Positions 11,737 to 20,137 are shown, numbered from the stretch's first letter. The stretch is 31,405 bases of DNA from Acidimicrobiales bacterium (GCA_023261915.1 JALRFT010000134.1:1-31405), one strand, 5' to 3'. A program made the numbers and translations. Notes: generated by a model not told the origin, from the letters alone.

Positions 11737-12126
11737 ATGAAGAACATCGTCAGCGAGTTCAGGGACTTCATCAACCGGGGCAACGTGATCGATCTCGCCG
11801 TGGCGGTCGTCATCGGTGCTGCGTTCGGGGCAGTGATCACGAGCTTCACCAACGACATCTTCGGCGGCATCCTCGGAGCCATCGGGGGAAAACCCTCGAT
11901 TGGTGATCTGACCTTCACCATCGGTGAGGGCGATATCCGCTGGGGTGCATTCCTCGACGCCGTCATCAACTTCCTCATCATTGCCTTCGCCTTGTTCCTC
12001 GTCATCAAGGGCATCAACGCCGCCCAGAACCTCGCCAAGCGCAACGCCGCCGAGGAAGAGACCGAGGAGGAGAGCGAGATCGAACTGCTTCGTGAGATCC
12101 GTGACGCCCTGGTGCGTCGCGACTGA
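11737..12126 (+). CDS. mscL: Large-conductance mechanosensitive channel
   Basis: EFRDFINRGNVIDLAVAVVIGAAF, NFLII, ELLREIRD; AGGAG Shine-Dalgarno; candidate -10 TAATGT at 11674-11679. Confidence 0.97.
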   Translation: MKNIVSEFRDFINRGNVIDLAVAVVIGAAFGAVITSFTNDIFGGILGAIGGKPSIGDLTFTIGEGDIRWGAFLDAVINFLIIAFALFLVIKGINAAQNLAKRNAAEEETEEESEIELLREIRDALVRRD

Positions 12127-12137
12127 CAGCGGTCGAT

Positions 12138-13103
12138 TCAGGGACCCTCGGCGCCGAGCAGTTCGTCGGTCGCTGACCACGGGTCGAGTCGGCGGTCGGC
12201 AACGGCGTCACGAACCTGCTCGAAACGGGAACCCTCAGCGAGGGACGCCGCGCGCTCCCGGAGGCGCTCGGCGAGGATCCGGTGCAGCTCGCTGTCGAGG
12301 CGACGTCGCCGCCGCTGAGACAGTTCACCGGTGGTCACGAGATGTTCCCGGTGCGCAGTGATTGCTTGGCGCAGGGCGTCAACCCCCTCGCCGGTGGTCG
12401 CCGTGGTGGCCACGACCGGCGGTCGCCAACCCCCGCTGCCGGCGACCGGTGACAGATCCAACATCTGTTCAAGATCGCGCCTCGTGTCCGCCGCGCCCGG
12501 ACGATCGGCTTTGTTCACGACAAAGATGTCGGCGATCTCCATGAGGCCGGCCTTGTTGGCCTGCACACTGTCACCCCATCCAGGATTCACGACCACCACG
12601 ACCGTGTCCGCCGCCCCCACCACCTCGACCTCGACCTGACCCACACCGACGGTCTCAAGCACGATCCACGGGTAGCCAACCCCGTCGAGGACCCGGATCG
12701 CCTCGGGAGCGGCGAGCGCCAGACCTCCGAGATGACCGCGGGTGGCCATCGAGCGGATGAAGACTCCCTCATCAAGGGTGTGATCCCCCATGCGGACCCG
12801 GTCACCGAGAATGGCACCGCCTGTGAAGGGTGACGACGGGTCGATGGCGAGGACGGCCACCCGCTCACCGCCACGGCGCAAGGTGCCCACCACGGCATTC
12901 GTCAACGTGGACTTCCCCGCCCCGGGCGCACCGGTAATACCCACCACATAGGCCGAGCCGCCGCGGGGGTAGGTCAGTTGGCCAACCGCCCGGGCCTGAT
13001 CACCCCCCTGTTCGACGGCGGACAGCAGACGCGCCAGTGCACCACGGTCGCCACCGACGGCAGCATCGACGAGCGCTGCGGGGTCACGGGTCTGGTCGGC
13101 CAC
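12138..13103 (-). CDS. meaB: Methylmalonyl-CoA mutase-associated GTPase (MeaB/ArgK family)
   Basis: GITGAPGAGKST, AIDPSSPFTGGAILGDRVRM, ETVGVGQ, NKAD motifs. Confidence 0.95.
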   Translation of the reverse strand: MADQTRDPAALVDAAVGGDRGALARLLSAVEQGGDQARAVGQLTYPRGGSAYVVGITGAPGAGKSTLTNAVVGTLRRGGERVAVLAIDPSSPFTGGAILGDRVRMGDHTLDEGVFIRSMATRGHLGGLALAAPEAIRVLDGVGYPWIVLETVGVGQVEVEVVGAADTVVVVVNPGWGDSVQANKAGLMEIADIFVVNKADRPGAADTRRDLEQMLDLSPVAGSGGWRPPVVATTATTGEGVDALRQAITAHREHLVTTGELSQRRRRRLDSELHRILAERLRERAASLAEGSRFEQVRDAVADRRLDPWSATDELLGAEGP

Positions 13104-13132
13104 GACGAGAGCCTACGGCGCCGGTGACAGCG

Positions 13133-13399
13133 TCAGAGGGTGACGGGGCTCTCCCCCACCTCGGCGGCCGTGTCCCCCATGTTGCGGACCTCGGTCACTC
13201 CGGGCACCCGATCCTTGAGGATCCGTTCCACCCCGGCCTTGAGGGTCACCGTCGACGCCGGACACGACACGCACGCCCCCACGAGTTCGACGGTCACCAC
13301 ACCAGAGGTGTCATCAACCTCGTGGAGGACGATGTCGCCGTTATCGGCCTGGATGGCTGGACGGATGGCCTCGATGACCTTCTCAACGGCGTCGCGCAT
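13133..13399 (-). CDS. NifU/NfuA C-terminal-domain Fe-S carrier protein
   Basis: IRPAIQADNGDI and GACVSCPAS (CxxC) signature; 88 aa. Confidence 0.92.
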   Translation of the reverse strand: MRDAVEKVIEAIRPAIQADNGDIVLHEVDDTSGVVTVELVGACVSCPASTVTLKAGVERILKDRVPGVTEVRNMGDTAAEVGESPVTL

Positions 13400-13486
13400 G
13401 ACTCCATCGTGCCCTGTCGGCGGACCAATTCACAACCACCCGGCCCGAATGGCCATGCGCCCCACCGACGAACACCGGCGGGAACC

Positions 13487-14752
13487 TCAGTCGAGGATGT
13501 CGACGCCGGCACCAAGAGAGGTGAGCTTGCCGACAAAATCCTCGTACCCACGGGCGATGTGATCAGCCCCGGCCACCACGGTCTCACCCTCGGCCCGAAG
13601 CGCCGCGACCACGAGGGCAGCCCCGGCCCGGATGTCGGGGGCCCGCACCGGTGCCCCGGAAAGTCGCTCCCGGCCCCGAACCACCGCATGGTGACCTTCG
13701 GTGCGGATGTCGGCACCCATGCGTACGAGTTCGTCGATGTAGCGGAACCGTCCGGCGAACAGGTTCTCGGTGACGATGCTCACTCCGTCGGCGGTGGACA
13801 ACATGGCGACGAGCAGAGGCTTGTAGTCGGTGGCGACACCGGGGTAGGGAAGGGTGGCGACGCTGTCGACAGCGTGCAACCGATCGGGGGCGTGCACGAT
13901 CAGGCCCGGCTCAGGTCCATCGGTGGGCACGATCTCCATCCCCATCTCGGTCAGCTTCGCCAACACCATGTCCATGTGATCGGCGCGAGCCCCTGCGATC
14001 TCGATGTCGCCGCCAGCAATTCCCACCGATGCCAGCCACGTGGCGGCCTCGATGCGGTCAGGGATCACGGTGTGCTCGGCTGGTTCCAGTTCGCTGACGC
14101 CCTCAATGGTGATCGTTGACGTCCCGGCACCGGAGATGTTGGCTCCCATGGCACTGAGGAATGCAGCGATGTCGGCGATCTCGGGTTCACGGGCGGCGTT
14201 CTCGATCGTGGTCGTGCCTTTGGCCAGCACTCCCGCCATCATGGCGTTCTCCGTCGCCCCCACACTCGGGAACTCAAGCAGGATCCGCGTTCCGACGAGA
14301 CCGTCGGTGGTGCCCTCCACGTAGCCATGAGCGGCGACGAAGGTGCCACCGAGTTCCTCAAGCGCCCGCAGGTGCATGTCAATCGGTCGGGGTCCAAAGT
14401 CGTCACCGCCGGGCAGCGCCACCCGCGCCCGGTTCTCAACGGCGAGGAGCGGACCGAGCACGACGATCGAGGCTCGCATCCGTTCCACGAGCTCATAGGG
14501 AGCTTCGGGGACGATGAGGTCCGGACGATGGATGTGCAGTGTCGAACCGTCCGCCCACGCCACCTCAAGGCCCATCGACCGCAGCAGGTCCGACATGCAT
14601 TCCACATCGGTGATGCGCGGCACGTTGTGCAGAACTGTGGTGCCACGCGCCATCACTGCTGCGGCCATGAGCTTCAGTGCCGAGTTCTTGGCTCCGGCCA
14701 CCCGGACACGGCCACGCAAGGCTCCCTGAGGTCGGATCCGGAGTCGTTGCAC
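13487..14752 (-). CDS. murA: UDP-N-acetylglucosamine 1-carboxyvinyltransferase (Asp-type)
   Basis: GAKNSAL, RASIVVLGPL, PGGDDFGPRPIDMH, SVGATEN, AREPEI, IPDRIE, DIRAGAAL. Start GTG 14752 (CATACT 6 nt upstream) gives 421 aa. Confidence 0.97.
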   Translation of the reverse strand: MQRLRIRPQGALRGRVRVAGAKNSALKLMAAAVMARGTTVLHNVPRITDVECMSDLLRSMGLEVAWADGSTLHIHRPDLIVPEAPYELVERMRASIVVLGPLLAVENRARVALPGGDDFGPRPIDMHLRALEELGGTFVAAHGYVEGTTDGLVGTRILLEFPSVGATENAMMAGVLAKGTTTIENAAREPEIADIAAFLSAMGANISGAGTSTITIEGVSELEPAEHTVIPDRIEAATWLASVGIAGGDIEIAGARADHMDMVLAKLTEMGMEIVPTDGPEPGLIVHAPDRLHAVDSVATLPYPGVATDYKPLLVAMLSTADGVSIVTENLFAGRFRYIDELVRMGADIRTEGHHAVVRGRERLSGAPVRAPDIRAGAALVVAALRAEGETVVAGADHIARGYEDFVGKLTSLGAGVDILD

Positions 14753-14758
14753 CCCCCA

Positions 14759-14766
14759 AGTATGCT
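14759..14766. promoter_or_regulatory. Overlapping divergent -10 candidates: CATACT (minus, murA) and TATGCT (plus, MFS-ldt)
   Basis: AGTATGCT at 14759-14766 reads as CATACT 6 nt before murA GTG on the minus strand and as TATGCT on the plus strand, 46 nt before the MFS start. Confidence 0.45.
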
Positions 14767-14812
14767 CCGCCGCCGAAGCAGGCACCCGTCCGCCGTCGGC
14801 CGAGGTCCGAAC

Positions 14813-16384
14813 GTGCCCACCGTCACGCGCACCACTGTCACGAACCAATCCGGCGCCGAACGACTGTGCGCGCCCCGCGACGACTTCGTCCTTGAAGCCC
14901 CTGACGCACGCCGACCGCTGTGCTTTTCGCTCGCCAAGGGGCCCTTCGATCACTGGGAACGCATGGTGACCGTCGTTGCCGACGACAACGGGGATGAGGA
15001 AGGCCAGGTCGTCACCGAGACCATCTCGTTTCGTCTCGCCCTACCCGTGTGGCGGGTGGTGTTCACCCCCCTGGTGCGTCGAGCCGTCGTCCGACCAGCA
15101 TCCAAGCGCCGTTCCATCTGGTGGCTGCCCCCCGACCGCCTCGACGCTGAGGTCGCTCGCACACTCGCCCGGCTCTGTCTGATCTCGCTCGCGGCGGGAT
15201 ATCTCGGCACCCTGCTCACCCAGACCAACACCTTCGCCAAAGCCCAGTTCGACAGTTCCGATACGGCGCTGAGCACCATGTTGGCGGGGGTGCGTCTTGC
15301 TGCACTGCTCGCCCTCGCCGTCGTGGCCCTCGCCGATCGCAAAGGGCGACGATCGGTCCTCTTGTGGTCGGCGGTAGCGGCATGCGCCCTCGCCGCCACC
15401 GGGGCGCTCGTGCCCGATCTTGCGTGGCTGGGTATCAGCCAGACGGCAGCGCGCACGGCCTCGACATCCATGGCCATCATCATCGGGATCTTTGCCATCG
15501 AGGAGATGCCGGCAGGGTCACGGGCCTACGCCGTCTCGGTACTCGCCATGAGTGCGGCGCTCGGTGCCGGCGGATGTGTGGCGGCCCTGCCGCTTGCGGA
15601 TCTCGGTGAGGGTGGTTGGCGACTCCTCTACCTCATTCCTCTCGCCTTCCTCCCCGCCGTGGCGCTCCAAGCGCATCGACTCCGCGAAACCCGCCGCTTC
15701 CTCGCCACCGGGGCCGCTGCTGCCACCGAGTCACACGTGGCACCACACATACCCACCAATACCTCCCGGGAAGCCAAGCGTTCCCAGCGTCGACGATTCG
15801 TCCTCTTGGCCTCGAGCGCCCTACTGCTGTCACTGTTCACGACGCCGGCGTCCCAACTGCTCAACGAGTACCTGCGCACCGAGCGCGGGTTCACGGCGTT
15901 CGGAATCACGCTTTTCACCATTCTCACCAACACCCCTGGTGGCATCGGGGTGATCGCCGGAGGGCGTCTCGCCGATCGCCGGGGCCGACGTATCGTCGGG
16001 GCGGTGGCCGTGGGAGGCGGCGTGGGATTCACCGTGGCCATGTTTCTCGCCTCGGGCCCATGGATCTGGATGTGGTCGGCGGTCGGAGCGATCGTGGGAG
16101 CAGCGGCGGTCCCCGCCCTCGGGGTGTACGGCCCCGAGTTGTTCCCCACAGCGTCACGGGGTTCAGCCAATGGAGGCATCAACGTGGCGGCGGTGACCGG
16201 TGCCATCGTGGGTCTGCTGACCGCCGGGTATCTCAGCGACCTCTTCGGAGGCCTGCCCGGCGCCATGGCCGTCCTCGCCGTCGGACCCGCCATCGTGGTG
16301 TTGCTCGTGGTGTTCGCCTACCCCGAAACCGCCCACCGGGAACTCGAGGACATCAACCCCAGCGATAGCCGACCGCCACCATGA
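14813..16384 (+). CDS. MFS transporter with an about 100-aa N-terminal soluble (SRPBCC-like) extension
   Basis: Two motif-A copies (LADRKGRR, RLADRRGRR) and about 12 hydrophobic segments. Start GTG 14813 follows GAGGT; the ORF-track extension to 14327 overlaps murA and is rejected. Confidence 0.88.
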   Translation: MPTVTRTTVTNQSGAERLCAPRDDFVLEAPDARRPLCFSLAKGPFDHWERMVTVVADDNGDEEGQVVTETISFRLALPVWRVVFTPLVRRAVVRPASKRRSIWWLPPDRLDAEVARTLARLCLISLAAGYLGTLLTQTNTFAKAQFDSSDTALSTMLAGVRLAALLALAVVALADRKGRRSVLLWSAVAACALAATGALVPDLAWLGISQTAARTASTSMAIIIGIFAIEEMPAGSRAYAVSVLAMSAALGAGGCVAALPLADLGEGGWRLLYLIPLAFLPAVALQAHRLRETRRFLATGAAAATESHVAPHIPTNTSREAKRSQRRRFVLLASSALLLSLFTTPASQLLNEYLRTERGFTAFGITLFTILTNTPGGIGVIAGGRLADRRGRRIVGAVAVGGGVGFTVAMFLASGPWIWMWSAVGAIVGAAAVPALGVYGPELFPTASRGSANGGINVAAVTGAIVGLLTAGYLSDLFGGLPGAMAVLAVGPAIVVLLVVFAYPETAHRELEDINPSDSRPPP

Positions 16385-17238
16385 CCCCCGCAGCCCTCTC
16401 CCGACAGGTCACCACTACGATGCGTCCCGTGCCCACGACCCGCCCCCGACATCAACTCCTCACCGCGCTGGTCGTGTTGTTGGGGACGGCGGGCCTCCTT
16501 CTCGGGGCGTGCGCCTCAGATCCAACGAGCGAGCCGGCACTCAACACCTCGGTCACCCTGCCCGAAGGTGAGGTCGCTGCCGACCTGCCTGGCACGTCCT
16601 ATGTAGCGCGACCCAAGGCGCAGGGAGAGATCGCATTTCGTGCGGCACCGTCGTCAAGCGCAGAGGTGGTGACCACGCTTGCCAACCCCCGACCGCTCGC
16701 CACCGAACCACCGGTCTCAATTCCTCTTGTGCTGTTGGTTGCCGAACGACAGGGCGACTGGGCCAAGGTGTATCTGCCGATCCGTCCCAACGGGTCCACC
16801 GGATGGATCCTCGCCGACGAACTGAACATCAGTACTCACCCGTGGCGGATCGAGGCACTGCTCGATGAGTTCAAGTTGAAGGTGTACAAGAACGAAGAAG
16901 TTGTGTTTGAAACGGCCATCGGCGTGTCACGGGAGAACGCTCCCACACCCGGCGGTCTCTACTACACGACCGAACTCCTGCAGCCTCCCGACCCCAACAC
17001 CGTCTACGGAACCTACGCCTACGGCCTGTCAGGTTTCTCTGACACGTTCCAGGAATTCAGCGGCGGCCCCGGCCAGTTGGGCCTGCACGGCACCAACGAA
17101 CCGTGGGCCATTGGGACCCGGGTGTCCTCAGGATGCATCAGGCTCAACAACGACGACATCAGTTTCATCGTCGAGCAACTCAAGCTCCCGCTCGGAGTCC
17201 CCGTCGACATCATCACCGGCACTGCCCCCACGGGGTGA
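16381..17238 (+). CDS. L,D-transpeptidase (YkuD family) lipoprotein with an SH3-like middle domain
   Basis: Lipobox LLLGAC; WAKVYLPIRPNGSTGWI; catalytic LHGTN...SSGCIRL; ATGA overlap with the MFS stop. The true start may be a later ATG. Confidence 0.92.
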   Translation: MTPAALSRQVTTTMRPVPTTRPRHQLLTALVVLLGTAGLLLGACASDPTSEPALNTSVTLPEGEVAADLPGTSYVARPKAQGEIAFRAAPSSSAEVVTTLANPRPLATEPPVSIPLVLLVAERQGDWAKVYLPIRPNGSTGWILADELNISTHPWRIEALLDEFKLKVYKNEEVVFETAIGVSRENAPTPGGLYYTTELLQPPDPNTVYGTYAYGLSGFSDTFQEFSGGPGQLGLHGTNEPWAIGTRVSSGCIRLNNDDISFIVEQLKLPLGVPVDIITGTAPTG

Positions 17239-17256
17239 CCCGGCCGTGAGCAGCGC

Positions 17257-17853
17257 TCAGAACGAAGAGTCGAACGGCACGAACGTGCTGGCGTAGACCA
17301 GACAGAGTGATGACTCGCTGTTCCCGTCGCATGACACGTCGTCAATGAAGATCGTCACCTCACTCAGCTGATCGGGGATCGCGGTCCCAGCGTCCTCGCC
17401 AATGGTGGTCATTGTGAACCCGAGGGCGCCACCATCGGTCGGTTGCAGGCCACTGATCTCCACCGCCACCTCAAACTGCTGGCCTGTCGGGGTCGCACCC
17501 GTGAGCACGGCGTTGGGGGGCGATGATCCAAACAACGTGTCCCATTCGGCGACGAGATTGGCCGGGGTGAAACGAACGGCCCGCCGTTCCGGCCGGTCGG
17601 TGAAAGCAACGACGTCACCGGGTTCGTTCAGGATCACCTCGGTGCCGGTGGGACCCGTGCCGGCATCGACCCGAGCGGATGGCCCGATGATGGCGAACAA
17701 CCAGCTGGCCGGTTCCGGCCCGCTCGGATCACGCGCCTGCTCTGAGGAGGTGACCGCCGATCCACAGGCGACGGCACTGACAAGGGAGACCGTGGTCAAC
17801 CCAATCACCAATCGTCGGACGACAGGCGATGACCATCGGCGAGGTACAAACAT
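17257..17853 (-). CDS. Hypothetical lipoprotein
   Basis: Basic N-region, hydrophobic core and SAVAC lipobox-like Cys; VVAFTDRPER motif; TAGGCT 6 nt before ATG 17853. Confidence 0.75.
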   Translation of the reverse strand: MFVPRRWSSPVVRRLVIGLTTVSLVSAVACGSAVTSSEQARDPSGPEPASWLFAIIGPSARVDAGTGPTGTEVILNEPGDVVAFTDRPERRAVRFTPANLVAEWDTLFGSSPPNAVLTGATPTGQQFEVAVEISGLQPTDGGALGFTMTTIGEDAGTAIPDQLSEVTIFIDDVSCDGNSESSLCLVYASTFVPFDSSF

Positions 17854-17922
17854 CGCCAAAGCCTATTGACCGCATCAGCGACGCTCGGATCAGGCCGTTG
17901 GCCCGGCGTACCAGCAAGCCGA

Positions 17923-18501
17923 TCAGAGCGTTGCCATCCAGTCAGCGACCGCAGCGGCAACGTCAGCGTCAGCTCGAGGGTCGTGGGCACCCGACACCCA
18001 CACCTGCGTCAATGGGCCGCCGATGGCTCCGACGGCGGCCGCGAATTCGTCCGGCGACCCGAATGGATCCTTCGTTCCCGACACCATGAGCGTGGGAACC
18101 GTGATGGCGCCGAAGTGTTCCGTGCGCAGGCGTTCCGGCTTTCCCGGGGGATGGAGTGGATAACTGAGCAGCACAAGACCCGCCACCTCGAGCCCCTCGG
18201 CAACCGCCATCGAACACATCCGGCCGCCGTAGGAACGACCACCGATCACGAGTCGGGCAGGGTCCACACCCCACGCTCGGGCCTGGTCGGCCACCGCGTC
18301 CACCACCCCGGCGATGTCGACGGCGGCGCGCCCGGGGGCCTTGCGACCGGCCAGACGATAGGCGTGGTCGATCCGGGCCACGAGTTGAGGAGCGAGCGCC
18401 GTTTCGAGGGCCACGAGCGTCCGATGGTCACGCGTGGCACCAGCACCCGGCCACAACAACAGGCCCGCTGGTCCACCCCGGCTCCCCGCCCGCAGTGCCA
18501 C
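17923..18501 (-). CDS. Alpha/beta hydrolase (KANL3/Tex30-like, dienelactone-hydrolase-related)
   Basis: GGRSYGG nucleophile elbow, LSYPLHPPGKPERLR, GTKDPFG (Asp), GAHD (His). Confidence 0.88.
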   Translation of the reverse strand: MALRAGSRGGPAGLLLWPGAGATRDHRTLVALETALAPQLVARIDHAYRLAGRKAPGRAAVDIAGVVDAVADQARAWGVDPARLVIGGRSYGGRMCSMAVAEGLEVAGLVLLSYPLHPPGKPERLRTEHFGAITVPTLMVSGTKDPFGSPDEFAAAVGAIGGPLTQVWVSGAHDPRADADVAAAVADWMATL

Positions 18502-18503
18502 CG

Positions 18504-19226
18504 CTACCCCAAAAGGATGCGACGGGCCTCGGTGAGATCGGCGATGCGCTGAGCGGCATCTCCAGAGTCCCCGCCGTGGTCAGGGTGGGCGTCACGCAAC
18601 AGGTTGCGGAAGCGCCGCTGGACGTCGCGTCGGGACGGACCCGACACCTTCGCCGCTGCCCGTTCCCCGTTGACGAAACCGAGCGTGTCGAGTGCCCAGG
18701 CCACCGGGTCCCCAAACGCCCGGGCGGACAGCGACCGCCCCCGGCCGAACCCGGCGAGGGTGGCGATCAGATCGGGGCCGATCGGCCCGGTCCATCCGAT
18801 GGCCCGACGCACGGTGGCGAACACTGCCCGTCGAGAGCCGACCGGCAGCTCGCCGGTCGCGTACACCGCACCCAGAACCTGCTGGGCGGGGTTGCCCTGC
18901 ACATCGTCGAAGTCGAACCGCAACTCGTCCCCACTCCCGATCAGTCGATGGGTGCTGCGCTGCAGACCGACGTGGTCCACCTGCAGACGATGACGCAGAC
19001 GGGGCTGCACGATGCGACGTCCGTCCTCGAGTTCGTGGGTGAGCTTCACGAGGTCGGGTACGAGATCGGCGTCGATGCCGCCAACGTTGGCAGCCACGAT
19101 TCCTCCCAGCAGGATTCCGCCGTAACCGGGGGCGGGATCCACCGGCAGATGCTGCCGCCCGAGCGCCACTCGCCGGGTGGGGGCGATGGGCCGGGAGTGG
19201 TGGATCTCAAGCTCTGCCAGTACCAC
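18504..19226 (-). CDS. Protein with a C-terminal J-domain (class C DnaJ-like co-chaperone) and an unknown N-terminal domain
   Basis: C-terminal WALDTLG...RRDVQRRFRNLLRDAHPDHGG...LTEARRILL with HPD at 18579-18587; TACCGT 6 nt before GTG. Confidence 0.85.
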   Translation of the reverse strand: MVLAELEIHHSRPIAPTRRVALGRQHLPVDPAPGYGGILLGGIVAANVGGIDADLVPDLVKLTHELEDGRRIVQPRLRHRLQVDHVGLQRSTHRLIGSGDELRFDFDDVQGNPAQQVLGAVYATGELPVGSRRAVFATVRRAIGWTGPIGPDLIATLAGFGRGRSLSARAFGDPVAWALDTLGFVNGERAAAKVSGPSRRDVQRRFRNLLRDAHPDHGGDSGDAAQRIADLTEARRILLG

Positions 19227-19232
19227 GAGACA

Positions 19233-19238
19233 ACGGTA
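19233..19238 (-). promoter_or_regulatory. Candidate -10 element TACCGT, leaderless promoter of the J-domain / hydrolase pair
   Basis: TANNNT 6 nt upstream of GTG 19226. Confidence 0.55.
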
Positions 19239-19271
19239 TCGGTCGGGGCCGATGCGGGCCCTACCGAAGGT

Positions 19272-20060
19272 TCAGACCCAGTGACGCAGGAGGTCGCGCA
19301 GACGAGTGGCCGAGGCCTCGACGTCGTCATCGGAGGACTCGGTGCCCCCCAACTGCCCGGCCAGTTCCACGGTGGCGGTCACGAGCCGCTCCCACACCAC
19401 CGTCTCGAATCCGAACGGCATCGCCCCCTCCTGCAATTCCTCACTGAGGCGGATGGTGTCGAGAACCCCGTCAGGGTCGGTGGCGTTGCGGGAGAGGCGG
19501 TCCGCAGCGACGAACAGGCCGCCGAGAACCCGATCGGGATCAACCTCGGGAATATCAGTTTCGTCATCGACCTCGTCGTCGTTCGAGGATTCCAGGGCAT
19601 CGGGGAATTCAAGCGCCTCGAGCACTCCGTCGACGGTCACCGAATCCGTGGAGCGCACCACGAGACCGCCATCGGTGTCGAGGAACCACTCGACGGCGAG
19701 ATTGTCGAGTGCGGCAGTCAACTCGTTCACGAGTTCGTCGTCGAAGTCGGCGACATCGAACACGACACGCGGCGTCTCGGGGTCGTCGAGTGAACCAGCG
19801 AATGTCGCCGCCACCTGGTCGACACATGCATCGGCGCGTTCCTCGAACTGTTCGGGAATCACGAGACGGCCGGCCTCCCACACATGCGGGATGCCCTCAC
19901 CGATGAGAAGCTGACGCAGCATCTGGCGCGACTCGACCGCCCAGTCGTCGAGTTCGTACTCGAGTCGTGACCCGGTGCCCGCACCCCCGGTCAGTTCGAT
20001 GTTCTCGGTCGCCGCATCGTCGACAATGCCAGTGGTGGAGAGGTCCTCAGCGTCGTTCAC
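19272..20060 (-). CDS. Hypothetical highly acidic protein with two internal ~55-aa repeats
   Basis: Long D/E-rich ORF filling the gap to glpX; CAAACT 6 nt before GTG 20060. Confidence 0.8.
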   Translation of the reverse strand: MNDAEDLSTTGIVDDAATENIELTGGAGTGSRLEYELDDWAVESRQMLRQLLIGEGIPHVWEAGRLVIPEQFEERADACVDQVAATFAGSLDDPETPRVVFDVADFDDELVNELTAALDNLAVEWFLDTDGGLVVRSTDSVTVDGVLEALEFPDALESSNDDEVDDETDIPEVDPDRVLGGLFVAADRLSRNATDPDGVLDTIRLSEELQEGAMPFGFETVVWERLVTATVELAGQLGGTESSDDDVEASATRLRDLLRHWV

Positions 20061-20124
20061 GGCGTCAGTTTGGCCCACCACCCTTACAGCGTCCACCTCC
20101 CGACCGGTGGTCGGCATCGGGCTG

Positions 20125-20130
20125 TAGGGT
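20125..20130 (+). promoter_or_regulatory. Candidate -10 element TAGGGT, leaderless promoter of glpX
   Basis: TANNNT 7 nt upstream of ATG 20138. Confidence 0.55.
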
Positions 20131-20137
20131 CAGGGCC

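Noticed and set aside
9843-11906. 687-aa plus-strand ORF
   Set aside because: Lies antisense across the rhomboid and enoyl-CoA hydratase genes and overlaps mscL in another frame; Arg/Pro-rich with no motifs.
14327-14953. Apparent long overlap between murA and the MFS ORF
   Set aside because: Artefact of longest-ORF start calling; starts at 14752 and 14813 have promoter or SD support and remove the overlap.
18495-19793. 432-aa plus-strand ORF
   Set aside because: Antisense to two better-supported minus-strand genes; no recognisable domain.
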